The notes below the pieces were generated by a model. The model did not search any database, was not told where the DNA came from, and worked only from the letters and a program-made list of their open reading frames with translations. From Octopus vulgaris (Eukaryota), in NCBI GenBank assembly GCA_951406725.2, contig OX597834.1, forward strand, positions 4,154,001 to 4,218,000: a stretch of DNA of 64,000 bases, read 5' to 3'. Positions 1 through 13,199 of the stretch are shown here, piece after piece (positions within the stretch are counted from its first letter, which is position 1; every line of letters begins with the position of its first letter). The position numbers and the translations under genes are program-made.

Positions 1-59
1 ATAAAATATTATTGGGATCTGACAGTATGCCTTCATCTTTCTCTCTCCCTTTCTGTTCT

Positions 60-1540
60 TGCTTGATGGGGCTGGGGTCATTCGAGGTTGGTAGTCCCAG
101 AGGCATCATCATGCGTAGAGCCAGCTAGGTTCACCAGTGCCCCATCATTGTTGTCAGTCCCGTGCCAACCCCTCTGCATCCTCTAAAGTTATGTTGAGCC
201 TCTTTAATCATATCCTGCCATCTTATGCAGGGGCCTATCATGGGGGCATCTTCCAGCCCACAGCTGCTGAGTCAAACAAACATAAGGTCTAAGTAGGATG
301 ATCTGGTGGGAGACAAAGGAAATGTCCATATCAATTATGAGGTGGAGGGTTGTGGACTAATGTGTGCATGCAGCTCTTTGTTGGAAACATGATGGTACCA
401 TCGGATGATCTCGATGGTCCTCAGAGACCTGCTGTCAAAGCCATCAATCCTCCTTGCCAGGGTCTTTGTGAGGGGCCACGTTCCTGTTCCATTGAGGAGG
501 GAGGACCAATATATTGTATATTTGGAGCTTTGTCTTCTGGGAGAGAAAGCAGTTGCACCAAAGGGGCTTCTATAGAGAGCGCATGACCCCAGCAACCAGA
601 CCACATCTGCAGTTGATCTCCATGGTGAGTTCCCTATGGTTGGAAACTGTGGAGTGCAGGTAGGTGAAGGAGCTGACAAACTCCATAACATTGAGACCAA
701 TATGGAGCAGGGGAGGGTTCAGACCATCGCCAACATACATCAGTTTTGTCTTTGCCCAATTCACCTGAAGGTCAAGTTTTGCTGATTCTTTTCAGTATCT
801 GGTTAGTGCATCCCTGAGCTGGTCAATCAAGTTGCAGATTAGGGTGGTATCATCCACATACCCCAGGTCAGTAAAGTGGTAGTTCCTGAAGGTAACACTA
901 GAAACCCACAGGCCTTCATCATCAGATAATTGATGACACAGTTAAAGAGGTTGGTGGTGAGGGCCAGACAACCTGCCTGACCCCTGTTGATGGGGAACCA
1001 GTTGGAGCCCTTCCCGTTCACGCACATGTAGCTCTCAGAACTGCTATACAGCCTCTAGAAGAGGAAAGTGACCTCAGGAGGTGTGCCGATGAGCTTGAGG
1101 ATTTTCCAGAGGGATGCATGGTCAACTGTATAGAATACCTATTTCTTTACTATTCACAAGGGGCTAAACACATAGAGGACAAACAAGGACAGACAAACGG
1201 ATTAAGTCGATTATATCAACCCCAGTGCGTAACTGGTACTTATTTAATCGACCCCGAAAGGACGAAAGGCAAAGTCGACCTCGGCGGAATTTGAACTCAG
1301 AACATAGCGGCAGACTAAATACTAGTAAGCATTTCGCCCAGCATGCTAACGTTTCTGCCAGGTCAACAAAAGGGATGTAGAGCTGGTGATCTTTGCTGGA
1401 CTCCAAAGATCTTTCAATAATAAGATGAAGGGCAAAAATATGGTTGGCAGCAGATGAATTTCACATGAATCAGACTTGTGGGTGGTTTCTGCTTTTAACG
1501 GCAGGAAGAGCATGGCCAAAGAGGATCGATCAATCAATGC
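60..1540 (-). mobile_element. Degenerate RTE-type LINE, RT region to 3' part, interrupted by a SINE at about 1135-1360
   Basis: Broken ORFs resemble RTE ORF2: VNGKGSNWFPINRG..GCLAL..LFNCVINYLM and NWAKTKLMYVG..EFVSSFTYLHSTVSN..LTMEINCRCGLVAGVMRSL. Confidence 0.75.
1135..1360 (-). mobile_element. SINE family B copy (head GGCGGCGAGCTGGCAGAA, tail GTAAAGAAATAGG)
   Basis: Matches more than 10 other copies in the window; B-box-like GAGTTCAAATTCC. Confidence 0.85.
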
Positions 1541-2249
1541 CCTAGTCTACTTGTGTTTTTTTTTTCTCTCTTGTACAGTTCAGAAAAGATATGTTTTAAA
1601 CTTTCAAAGTATCAACAATTAATAAGTTGACTATGAAACACTCTTTATACAAGTTAGACTAACTGATTTAATAAATTCATATTGAATGCCTCTTAAATAG
1701 TTATAAGCTGAATCTCTCTGAGAACAAAGGTGGATGCGTGGTCTATGAGGAGATAACAACAAAGATCAAAACCTGGCCGTGCCAATAACCCATTTTCTAT
1801 CCAAAAGTAGATTCAAAAGTAAAATAATTTCTTCACATTTGAACAAGTATATCCAGTTATACATCAAAGTCATGGCTAAAAACTTACACCGCTGGAAAAA
1901 ACAGAGTTACTCTGTCTTGATCCGACAGGTTCATTTGACCAGACTTATCCAAGATATCCATGTGACTGAGAGTGCATGACCCCTTGTAAAATGGGATGTC
2001 AGATCGTTAAAGGGCGAATACCCAGCCACCACTGGTACCCAGCTGAGTGGATTGGAACAGCACAAAATGTAGCACTTTGTAGCATATATTTATGTTTATA
2101 AAAGAAAGAAAAGAGCACAAGGTGAAGAGATGAAACTTATTGGAAATCAGTTACTTGTTGATTCACTCCAATGCACCTTACTTTCAAATGGGCAAGGTAT
2201 ATGTGGGTCCACTTCTTTTCTCACTAATTTTCATAGTTACATGATACTC

Positions 2250-2554
2250 GTGGAGGCGCAATGGCCCAGTGGTTAAGGCAACGGACTCGCGGTCGGAGGA
2301 TCGCGGTTTCGATTCCCAGACCGGGCGTTGTGTGTGTTTATTGAGCGAAAACACCTAAAAGCTCTACGAGGCTCCGGCAGGGGGTGGTGATCCCTACTGT
2401 ACTCTTTCACCACTCTTTCTCACACTCTTTCCTCTGTTGGCCTGCTCGCTTAGCCAGCGGGGTGGCGTCATTCAAAGGCTAAAACAATGCGAACGCATTG
2501 TGACCAGCGATGTGTAACTACATCTGATGGACTGGTCGGTCACGTGATCATGTG
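2250..2554 (+). mobile_element. tRNA-derived SINE family C, full length
   Basis: A box TGGCCCAGTGG, B box GTTTCGATTCC, TCACGTGA-type tail, 11-bp TSD ACATGATACTC (2239-2249 / 2555-2565). Confidence 0.9.
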
Positions 2555-3054
2555 ACATGATACTCAGGGACCACTGATAAACTGCCAACCAACAAGCACA
2601 TAGGAATTATTTATTATCAAATCATAGTATGTCACTTTATGCTCTGTTGTTATTCATCTGTTCAACATCTGTTTTCACATTCAAACACAGCTTAGATGAA
2701 GAGGAAGTGTTTCAGAGAAGATTTTTTTTTATGGCTGGATGCTCTTTCTATTAACCAGTCTTCACTTATGTTTCAAGGGATATATTTTTTTTTTTATTCC
2801 AGAGGAAATCATAAGTGCAGACGCTAGTAGACAAACAGATAACAGGAAATGTCAACAAATGTTACAGGTTGCAGTGCAGTCACAAATAGTGGCATCACCG
2901 TTTGTAGCAGAGCTGCAAGGAGTGGTGCATCTGCCAGACTGTAGCTCAGTGTAGTAGACATTCACACACAAATGTGTTTAGATGTGACAGGTTTCTTTTA
3001 GTTTCTGTGTACTAAATTCCCTTACAGGTTATTGGTTGGCCAGGGGCTATATTA

Positions 3055-3278
3055 GCGGCAGCGAGCTGGCAGAAACGTTAGCACACCGGGTGAAATGTGT
3101 AGCCATATTTCATCTGTCGTTACGTTCCGAGTTCAAATTCCGCTGAGGTCGACTTTGCCTTTCATCCTTTCGGGGGGGGGGGGTCTACGCACTGGGGTCG
3201 ATGTAATCGACTTAATCCGTTTGTCCATCCTTGTTTGTCCTCTCTGTGTTTAGCCCCTTGTGGGTAGTAAAGAAATAT
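3055..3278 (+). mobile_element. SINE family B copy inserted in an old family A SINE fragment
   Basis: Family B head and tail; flanks about 2985-3050 and 3283-3340 resemble family A on the minus strand. Confidence 0.8.
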
Positions 3279-4854
3279 ATATCAGAAAACACTTAACTAA
3301 GGTGCTGCACAATGGGATTGAACCTGATGCCACATGAGAGCAATTACTTATGTTGCCACAAGGAAAGTCTAATGAATTAGGGTAGTGAACAACAGCATTT
3401 CTTAATTCCTTCTTTTGAGACAATAACCCAGTCCTTCAGCATATTAAAATAAATCATTTAGATCAACAACTAATTGTGGATGAAGTAATGAAGTGAAAAT
3501 GGAACAAAGAAATTATTTTTTTTAAAGGATTTTATAAATGATATTAATTGAAAAACAGCAATAAAAAAAAAATTACTGCTTAGAAGAGAATGATGGTAAC
3601 TAGAAGAAAAAGAAAAAAGATTTTCATAAAAAAAAGTCTAAGCATTTGTGGTATGCGTCAGGGTACCCAAAAGAAAATGATTATAATACGCAGGTCAAAA
3701 ACACTACCTTCAACATCAGTCAGTCACACATTCACAAGCTACACTCCAGCTAAAAATATTCAAACTAATAAATACACTCGGATAAATTACACACCTCATT
3801 CCAAGTACACACAAATAAAAAGCAAAAAAAAAAAAAAGAAAAGAAAAACAAGAAACAAAACAAAACAAAACAAAATACCATTCCTGCTAATTTTTATGAA
3901 TCAGAAGACAGTAGGTTCACCAGAGAGATAAAGGAAATGAATAGGCTTGGGTTTTGTAGAGGTGGTGGTGGGGAGATACGGTCGTTTTGAAGTCCCCTTT
4001 CAAGAAGGTATGTAAAATGCTCTTAATTAATTAGCTTAAACAGAAAACTAATAGAGTCAGGCCTTATAAATATTTAGTTTCGTTTGATTTCAAATTCTTC
4101 CGTGTTTTTCCTTTTTTTTTTTTTTACTTATTTCAGTCAATAGACTGTGGCCATGCTGGGGGAAATTTAGTCGAATGAATCAAACCCAGTATTTTTTTTT
4201 CCACCTGGTACTTACTTTATTGGTCTCTAATGTTAAACCACTAAGTCATGGGGATGTAAACAAACCAGCATTGGTTGTCATGCACCCTGACCATATTAGG
4301 GTTGGTTTAATTCATTTAGAATTGATGCGCTCGTTAGAGGGACAAAAATTATGTAGTATAGTAAAATGGGTGCTAACTTATTATAAATGAGACATGAAAA
4401 TTAAATTAATTAAAATGACACCTACAGTGAGGAAAAGAAAACAATCTCTCAATTAATAATTCTGGTGAAGAAAGGTCAGGGAGATAATTAAAGAAGTAAA
4501 CCAATTAAAATTAGGATGCAATTAGTCATCAAAACAAGGATTCCCCTTCCTCACTATAGGTGCAATTTTAATTAGTTTGTCTTACTACATTAAGTCAGCA
4601 ACCGTTTTACTGTTTAGTTTTTATACAGCAGTCATCCCTGAGTAGATTTTCCCCCATCATTTTCTCATTAAATATATTTCTGGCCAATAAGGTAACGAGC
4701 TGACAGAATCATTACCACATCAAACAAAATGCTTAGCGGCATTTCTTCCAATTTTGCATTCTGAGTTCAAATCCTGCTAGAGTTGACTTTGCTTGTCTTT
4801 CTTCTGGGGTTAAATAAAATAAGTACCAGTTGAGTACTGGGGTTGTTGTACTGA

Positions 4855-5060
4855 GGTAATTTCTACTCTTCTCCTCTGGAAGCCATCTGCTCGCGATATC
4901 AGAGGGCGCACACTCTCCTACCCTGATGTAATCTCCAGGGATACAGGCATCCAGCAACAGGGCCTCCGTAATGCCATGATGGACTGTGAAGTCTGGCGTA
5001 GCATGGTAAATTCCATTGTCTCGACCACGGTCGAACAATGATGATGATGATGATGATGAT
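4855..5060 (+). mobile_element. 3' end of RTE LINE family 1 with (ATG)n tail, inside an old SINE B
   Basis: Nearly identical to 25367-25561; ends TCGACCACGGTCGAACA(ATG)n. Confidence 0.85.
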
Positions 5061-5370
5061 GTTGTACTCAACTTATCTCCTCTCCCAAAATTGCTGGCCT
5101 TGTGTCAAAATTTGAAACCAATATTCTACTCAAGGAATTAAACCTAACACTGTAAGCTACCAAATCTTATCAATTTTACTGGGCTACCGTCCCATGGTAT
5201 AATTAATAATGTCATGGCAAATAAGGTTTTGCAGATGACAACCAAGCGATAAATCTATTTCTTTTGTCCACATCCGATATTTGATTTCAATCCATCTGAT
5301 TTTTATTAAGTGATTTGGACATCGAATGTTTTGGAAGTATTGTTAATCCAAAAATTCCTTTAGGACTTAC

Positions 5371-5410
5371 CTATTGAGCAATTTTTTTCAATATCTTCAT
5401 TGAGTTTTGA
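5371..5410 (-). CDS. Candidate 40-nt internal exon (SKLNEDIEKNCSI)
   Basis: Perfect AG|GTAAGT donor, TAG acceptor with upstream pyrimidine tract, one open frame; no homology support. Confidence 0.2.
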
Positions 5411-5518
5411 CTAGTGCAATCACTCATGCAAAACAAAGGAGAACAATCAACCATGTTCCTCTATGTTGAAATTTATCCATACCTAGTTATTTCATTTTTG
5501 GTCAGAGAAAGTAATATC

Positions 5519-5930
5519 ATCATCATCATCATTTAACGTCCGCTTTCCATGCTAGCATGGGTTGGACGATTTAACTGAGGTCTGGCGAACCAGACTCCAA
5601 TCTGATCTGGCAGAGTTTCTACAGCTGAATGCCCTTCCTAACGCCAACCACTCCGAGAGTGTAGTGGGTGCTTTTACGTGCCAGTTTGGTGGAACTGGCA
5701 ACGGCCACGCCCAAATGGTGCTTTTTATGTACCAGCAGCACTGGCGACGACCTCGCTCGAATGTTTCACATGCCACCAGCACAAGTGCTAGTAAGGTGAC
5801 ACGGTGACGATCACACTCGAATGGTGTGCTTAACGTGCCATCAGCACAGAGGCCAGCTTGTTACTCTAGTAACAATCTCGTTCATATGGTACTCTTAGCG
5901 CTCCACTAGCAACGGATGCCAGTCACCGAG
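5519..5930 (-). mobile_element. 5'-truncated 3' UTR of RTE LINE family 2
   Basis: GGAAGGGCATCCAGCTGTAGAAAC-type core and GGACGTTAAA(TGA)n tail, as found directly after the RTE ORF at 18770-19128. Confidence 0.8.
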
Positions 5931-6265
5931 TTAAGCTACAAAAAGGTCAGGGAAAACTTTTTTTTCTTGTATGTCTATATGTATTACTGACTGAATTTAT
6001 TACCAACATCTCACTTTTCGTTGTCTTTCCTGACCATATCTGGCTTTTAGGATTTAGAAAGAACTACAGCAGGATCAAACTGATGGACTAAGTTTTGAAC
6101 ATAAGAGAAAGAGCTATGACACAACTGATGAGGAAGATGTGATGCAGTTTGGGGTTTATGGTAGGATGGGATCTCTTCTTACTGAGACAACTTCAGGGGT
6201 GACTATATGGTTCTTGTGGTTGGTGTTAGGGGTTGCAGTTGGTTCTGGATGGTATTAGAGTTAGA

Positions 6266-6490
6266 GGAAGGCAGCGAAGAGCTGGCAGAAACATTAGCAC
6301 ACCGGGCGAAATGCGTAGCCGTATTTCGTCTGCCGTTACGTTGTGAGTTCAAATTCCTCAGAGGTCGACTTTGCCTTTCATCCTTTCGGGGTACCAGTTA
6401 CGCACTGGGGTCGATGTAATCGACTTAATCCCTTTGTCTATCCTTGTTTGTCCCCTCTCTGTTTAGCCCCTTGTGGGCAGTAAAGAAATA
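6266..6490 (+). mobile_element. SINE family B copy
   Basis: 15-bp TSD GGTATTAGAGTTAGA (6251-6265 / 6491-6505). Confidence 0.9.
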
Positions 6491-7099
6491 GGTATTAGAG
6501 TTAGATGAATGGTTGGGGCAATTAATTCTGTTTAGCCTGAAGTCATCCCTGATCAAGCTGACATATAAGCTGGATTCTCTCTCTCTCCAAGAGTAGCCAT
6601 CAACAGAATGCAATGTATAACAGAACAGTAAATATATAAAACACAATAACATTTACAATAAATTCAAAAACGTTGTCCTTGATGTCAAGCTCTCATTAAC
6701 TCAAGAAACACGAAAATGATTGCTAAAATTAAGTGAATCATTTCCAGATATTAAGGCAAATTAATATGTCACCCAACATCTAGCAGTCGGAGTTGAAATA
6801 CAGGAGTTAACAAAATAAATTCTTGCCGGAAAAATTAAATTATGTAACAGGTAAAAGTCACGAGAATCAACAAAAGTAGCAACACTTAACCTAACAGCCG
6901 ACAGCAGATGTTACAAGTCAACAGAGAAGCTTTAGCATGGTCAATTGCCATAAGCAAATCTCACTGAAATAACAGCCCACTTTCTGAAAAGAAAGGACAT
7001 ATTAGATAATGTTGTCCTAACTAGACAACCCTAAAATGGCACTCTGGTTGAAGCTGAAATGTGTTGATCAAAGGATTGCTAGACAAGAATTGACTTGAG

Positions 7100-8090
7100 G
7101 CTAAACAACAACCATACAGCTACCCCCTAACACTAAATAGTACAACAATAAACCCTAACACCCACTACAACAACTACCTCCTCCAATAATAATAATAATC
7201 ACAACCATCAATTCCTCTTCAAATCAAAGAGAACAACTGTAACTTATCCCTAACACCAACTACACAGCGACCCAAACATTAACCACACCAACAATATAGT
7301 TACCCCAACACTATACAGCCATAACAACCACAAAGCCACCCCTAACACTAACCACCCCTAACGCTAATCACAACACCATAGCCACCCCTTAAATCAAACA
7401 ATTTTGCACTCACTCCAACACCTGTTACATCTATACAGCTGCTTCCAACACTAATCACAACCATACAGCTGTCCTTAACACCAACTATATTAGCCACCCC
7501 GGTACACCAACTATGTAGTCACCTTTAACACCAGCCACAACAACCGTACAGCCACCCCTAACTCCAGCCAGTACAACTACACAGCCAACTCTAACCATAA
7601 TCAAACATACAGCCACCCCAACTCCAGCCACCAACTACACTAATACAGTTACCCTTTAACACCTAACAGAACTACTACAAACTCACCTCTAACACCAGAC
7701 ATAAGACATAAGTATAACCACAAAAGATCCTTTTGAGCCCTATAAGAGGGCTTTTATATGGTTGCTCAAACTGCCAGGATAGCAGCCAAATTAACCCTAA
7801 GTCACAAGCTGTCAACTTAGAAATCAGATAGTGTGGTCCTGCACATTTAAAAAAAAAGGGAGAGACGGGGTGATCTTCACCAAAATGCCTTATATCGGCT
7901 TACGTGTCAGCTCCATCAGGGGGGCTGACACGAGACTAAACAACACTAACTGCCCTAACCATTCAGCCAGCCTTAATACTAACCAGAACCAAGAACTATC
8001 CCTAACAACCATACAATCACTTGTAACACCAGCCCCTAGCAACAACCAGACAACTATACAACTGCTTTATCATAACATCAATAAAACCAC
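7100..8090. repeat. C/A-rich cryptic repeat with recurring ACAGCCACCCCTAACAC-like motif
   Basis: Motif variants recur every 30-60 bp, e.g. CAGCCACCCC(T/A)ACTCCAGCCA-like at 7549 and 7610. Confidence 0.55.
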
Positions 8091-8857
8091 CAAACGGTTG
8101 CACAAGCTGCTAGAAATAACTAAATCTCCCAGAAAAAAAAGGACAAACCAGATACTGTATGTAGTCCTAAATGTCTGGAGAGAAAAAAAAATATTGGATG
8201 GTCGTGTTTTTAATCATAGACCTACTCAATCATGGCTCACCTGGGGCTAAACAACAACATCAGTAGATGTTACATAAAGGAAGAGTAGAGAATAAAGCAA
8301 AAGATTGTGCGAAAGAGAGAGCAAATTACTCTACTGCGTGTATGAGCGAGTGTGTGAATGACTGCGATTCTGCCAATAAACGTGTGTGTGTGTAATGCAT
8401 TCTAAGTGGATATAATCACAGACTAAGATAAAGCAAAGTAGAGGACAGGTCTGGACAAAACACGGCAAAATTCAATAAGGTCAAGGACAAAGAAAATCTA
8501 TTTCCAATGATATTCGGGTTATAAATGCCATGTTAAAACCAAAATTTATGAACATAGTCAAATATATATACACACACACACACACAGACGATGATACTGA
8601 GACGTGAAAGCTCTCAATCGGCTGTGTGTATATTATTGTGCACCTGCTTTCATTTCCACTATCTCCTCTTCTCTCTCGAGCGATGAAAAAAACTAATCAA
8701 TGAACACAGTCACCTCTACAACCTCAATAACCAGTAACTCCAAATAATTAACCATGCATATTGTAATGCAAACAAAAACACAAGGTGGATAAAAGTGCAA
8801 GGAGATAGATACCATCTTTGTAATTTGGATGAATATGTGTGTGTGTGTGTATTTTTT

Positions 8858-9225
8858 TACTCTTTTACTTGTTTCAGTCATTTGACTGCGGCCATGCTGG
8901 AGCACCGTCTTTAGTCGAGCAAATTGACCCCCAGGACTTATTCTTTGTAAGCCCAGTACTTATTCTATCGGTCTCTTTTGCCGAACCGCTAAGTGACGGG
9001 GACGTAAACACACCAGCATCGGTTGTCAAGCAATGCTAGGGGGACAAACACATATATATATACATATATACGACAGGCTTCTTTCAGTTTCCGTCTACCA
9101 AATCCACTCACAAGGCATTGGTCGGCCCAGGGCTATAGCAGAAGACACTTGCCTAAGATGCTACGCAGTGGGACTGAACCCGGAACCATGTGGTTGGTTA
9201 GCAAGCTACTTACCACACAGCCACT

Positions 9226-9228
<3 letters not shown>
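8858..9228 (-). mobile_element. tRNA-derived SINE family A
   Basis: Head AGGAGTGGCTGTGTGG..GGTTCAGTCCC, internal (TA/TG)n tract, tail CAGCATGGCCGCAGTCAAATGACTGAAACAAGTAAAAGAG. Confidence 0.9.

Positions 9229-9289
<61 letters not shown>
9228..9289. repeat. (TA)n microsatellite
   Basis: Direct reading. Confidence 0.95.
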
Positions 9290-9292
<3 letters not shown>

Positions 9293-9324
9293 TAAAAATG
9301 AAAGTGAGACACAAAAATGATTAA

Positions 9325-9485
9325 CCCTTTAACATTTAAACTGGCCATATCCGGCCCAAATGGTCTACCTGTTTTATGTTCAAACTGGCCAGATCCAGTC
9401 TCTCCCACCTACCCTACAATGTCATTCTAAAATTAAATGATTACATCTTCAAAATCTTGAAGCTACAAGATAATACGTAATTAAT
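9325..9485. mobile_element. Truncated piggyBac-like MITE
   Basis: TTAA then CCCTTTAACATTTAAAC; body matches 37444-37663. Confidence 0.7.
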
Positions 9486-9690
9486 TTTTTAATTACGTAT
9501 TAGGTGGCTATAAAGAGTGGAGGAGAAAGGTGAGAGAGCATCGATGACAGCTATGAGAGGGTGATAAAGATGGTGTATGGCTGTCCTACATGTAGCTCAG
9601 TGGAGAGAGAGAGAGTTATATAACTGGGGGTGTGATTGGTGGAATATAAGAGGAAAAGGATGATGTTGAGAATGAAGGATAGAGGTTTAA

Positions 9691-9911
9691 CCCTTTAGCA
9701 TTCGGATTTTTCTATCAAATATAATATTTATTTATTCACTTTGTTTGAATAAATTAAACATTACCTTGTAGCTTTTGAGATTTTGATGATGTGAACACTT
9801 ATTTTTCAGGGTGACATAGTAGAGTAGGTGTGAGAGGCCAGATCTGGCTAGTTTGAACATAAAACAAGTAGAATAGTGTGGCCGGATACGGCCGGTTTGA
9901 ATGCGAAAGGG
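9691..9911. mobile_element. piggyBac-like MITE, about 220 bp
   Basis: TTAA|CCCTTTAGCATTC ... GAATGCGAAAGGG|TTAA. Confidence 0.85.
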
Positions 9912-10359
9912 TTAAAGGGAGTAGTTCCAGGGAAAGGGATAACTGGGAGAAATGCAGTAGATGAAATGTTAAGTAGCTTTGCTCTCCTCTGATCCCAGTA
10001 GCTGAATAGTCATCCTGCAGGAAGAATGGGTGATATAGGAAGATAAGAAGTGAGGAGAGCTTGGTGTAGAGAGAGTGACTGCAGGAGCTTAGCCCAGGGA
10101 GTGTATTTTCATAAACACGCTTTAAGAACCTCCCTTTCATCATGATAGATGGATCTTCCTGAGCAAAATGGATTACCATTGATCTCGGTCTTTTTTGTGA
10201 TCTTTTCTACGAGGTTCAATATTTTCAAATCAGCCTCCACTGCTTCATCCTGTAGTAGATCAATACCAGAATTCAATCTTGGACTTTTAGGCTTGCAAAC
10301 ATGAAGTCGCAACTGGTATTTTGTCACTTCTGGTTAAGTCGCAACTGGTATTTTGTCAC

Positions 10360-10592
10360 AAGGCGGAGAGCTGGCAGAATCGTTAGCACGTCGGGCGAAA
10401 TGCTTAGCGGTATTTCGTCTGCCGTTATGTTGTGAGTTCAAATTCCCCCGAGGTCGACTTTACCTTTCATCCTTTCGGGGTCGATAAATTAAGTACCAGT
10501 TACGCACTGGGGTCGATGTAATCGACTTAATACCTATGTCTGTCCTTGTTTGTCCCCTCTATGTTTAGCCCCTTGTGGGTAATAAAGAAATA
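10360..10592 (+). mobile_element. SINE family B copy, full length
   Basis: TSD GGTATTTTGT(C/T)AC (10347-10359 / 10593-10605). Confidence 0.9.
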
Positions 10593-11239
10593 GGTATTTT
10601 GTTACTTCAGTACCAATCCGACAAATGGTTTTCTAGAAATTTTTGGAATCTGGTCCAAGACAACTCACAGCTAACATGGTACTAAGAAAAATCTAACCAA
10701 ATAATTTAATGTCAGCAAAAATTCTAACAAATCCAAAATTGTTGACTGGAAATCAAACTTTGATTATGCTAATCACAGTTTATAAAAAGACCAGTAAACA
10801 ACAGGCAGTAGTCAATCAAACACTGTCAGCAGAAGTGACATGAACACAGCTAGACTTGATCTGGTTAACAGCAAGCTGATACCAGGAGACAAGATGCTAT
10901 TGACAAAACAGAGTCGAGGTAAAGCATGATTGCAAAACTGATACTACCACAAAAAAGTCAATGAAACTTCTGTCATGCTCAATTTTTGTCTGGCCACCAC
11001 ATAGAACAATCTGTATATGATACAGTGAAATGAACTCTGTTTTTTCTAGCCTTTTTTTTTTTTTGCTCTATTGTACCTAGTAACAATAAATATATGAAAA
11101 CATGATGAAGAACTAACTTCAACACATTATTTCATCAACTGTGGCTCATCATCCTATGATTACAGTTCCTTGTCCTTCAGGGTCTCTTAAATTCCATCCA
11201 CTTCTTTACACAGCTGTCCTCATCCACATGCCTCACATG

Positions 11240-12520
11240 TCCAGTCATGAATATAGCAAGGTATGAGTTCATCAAGGTTCAGTCCTTAGTCCCCTCCAAT
11301 TCATCATAGACCAACAGGCTACCATAGAGGAGTTTTAGACTTGCTGTCCATGGAAACTCCCATAGGCTGATGATCAAATTCACATAACTGAATTTATAGT
11401 GGGATTAGAGAAGACATTCCTGGCATGGAAGCTAAACCTAGACTCAAGAGGCCTCAGGATAAACTTAGTAAAAACTAAGGTTTTAGTAAGTAGGAATGAA
11501 GACAAAACCCTAATATCTTCAGAGAAACTACTTTGCTTAAAATGCAGGAAAGGAGCAGGTACAAAATTGACATACTGTATCTAGTGTAAGCTACGGATAC
11601 ACAAAAGATATAATGGAATCATAAATAAACAGAGAAAGTAAACTTCCTATGTGACAAATGCACCAAAGCAGTACATACTATGAACACACAACATCTCTCT
11701 ATATATAAACGGCAGTTTGTCTGTGCGTGTTTCTGTGTGTCTGTTTGCTTGTACCCTCACCCTGACCACGGCTTTCAACCGATTCTGATGAAACTTGACA
11801 CACACATAGCCCAATGTCATAATTCAAAACTAACGCAGCGAAAATTTTGAAAAGTTCCCCCAGTTCTGAAAAAAATCGATAAATTCGACATGGGGTCCAG
11901 AATCAGAAACACGAACCACAAACTGTCTAGGGGATGCAACTCCACCTTTTTTAAATCTCAAAAAAAATTTACCATCATTTTTTCCCATTTTTTTGCTATT
12001 TTTTGGCTATAACTCTCTAAAAATGCTTTATAGTTATTTCCCTTACAAACCTGAGCAACGCCGGGCGATACTGCTAGTATTCTATTAAATGTCTGAATGC
12101 CACATTAAAAGTAGTTGATAGCATTTGTAACCGAGGAGATGTAATTAGCAAGGGAGGTGCTTGTTTCTAGAGTATAGTAGCCACGTTAAGAAAAGTTCAA
12201 AATAAAGTTCAAGGATATACTACCACTGTTGGCAACAAAGGTCTTTTCCCTCAGAATAAAGGGCGTTTGTGTTAGAACCGCAATGTTGCCGAGTAATGAG
12301 GCCTGGGCCTCGAGTGTAGAGGATATAAGGTAACTGAAGAGAAATGAATCTAGCAGGCTCTGACGGATGTGCAATGTAAGTGTGCACAAACGACAAAGTT
12401 CAAACGCAGCAAGGGAAAAATCTGGCAGAAGAAGAGTCAAATGTAATATACAGGTAAGTAAACCGTGTGATGAGGAGGGATGACAACTGTGTAAAGAAGA
12501 GGTGGACAACGGATGTTAAA
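11240..12520 (+). mobile_element. Degenerate RTE LINE family 2 RT fragment hosting a Helitron
   Basis: LEKTFLAWKLNLDSRGLRINLVKTKVLVS..CLKCRKG; colinear with 17705-18769. Confidence 0.8.
11694..12077 (+). mobile_element. Non-autonomous Helitron
   Basis: 5' TC after A, subterminal hairpin CCTGAGCAACGCCGGG, CTAG end followed by T, no TSD. Confidence 0.85.
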
Positions 12521-12567
12521 TGATGATGATGTACCTTTACCTTGACATCAGGTAAATGTGCAATACC

Positions 12568-12974
12568 TATTTCTTTACTACCCACAAGGGGCTAAACATA
12601 GAGGGGACAAACAAGGACAGACAAAGGGATTAAGTCGATTACATCGACGCCAGTGCGTAACTGGTACTTAATTTATCGACCCGAAAGGATGAAAAGCAAA
12701 GTCGACCTCAGCGTAATTTGAACTCAGAACGTAACGAGACGAAATACCTGTTTCTTTACTACCCATAAGGGGCTAAACATAGAGGGGACAAACAAGGACA
12801 GACAAATGGATAAAGTCAATTACATCGACCCCGGTATGTAACTGGTACTTAATTTATCGACCTCGAAAGGATGAAAGGCAAAGTCGACCTCGGCGGAATT
12901 TGAACTCAGAACGTAACAGCAGACAAAATACGGCTACGCATTCCGCCCAGCGTGCTAACGTTTCTGCCAGCTCA
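12568..12974 (-). mobile_element. SINE family B dimer
   Basis: Two head-to-tail units, one head; TSD CAATACC (12561-12567 / 12975-12981). Confidence 0.85.
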
Positions 12975-13199
12975 CAATACCATCATACAAGCAATGTTGA
13001 TTGTTTCCAGTCTTCCGTGAAAACATGTCTGGGCAAGGGAAATATTACCTGGAAACAGGTGAGGGTTGGATGACAGGAAAGGCATCTGACCATAGAAAAA
13101 TCTACTTCCACAAATTCTATCTGACCCATGCAAGCATTGAAAAGTGGACGTTAAACTGATGATTATATATATATATATATTTATGGTAACTAGTTCTAC

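Noticed and set aside
2250-2325. tRNA gene
   Set aside because: A and B boxes are present, but it continues into a SINE body with a TSD and has no convincing cloverleaf
10109-10327. Protein-like minus-strand ORF
   Set aside because: No recognisable motif or splice signals
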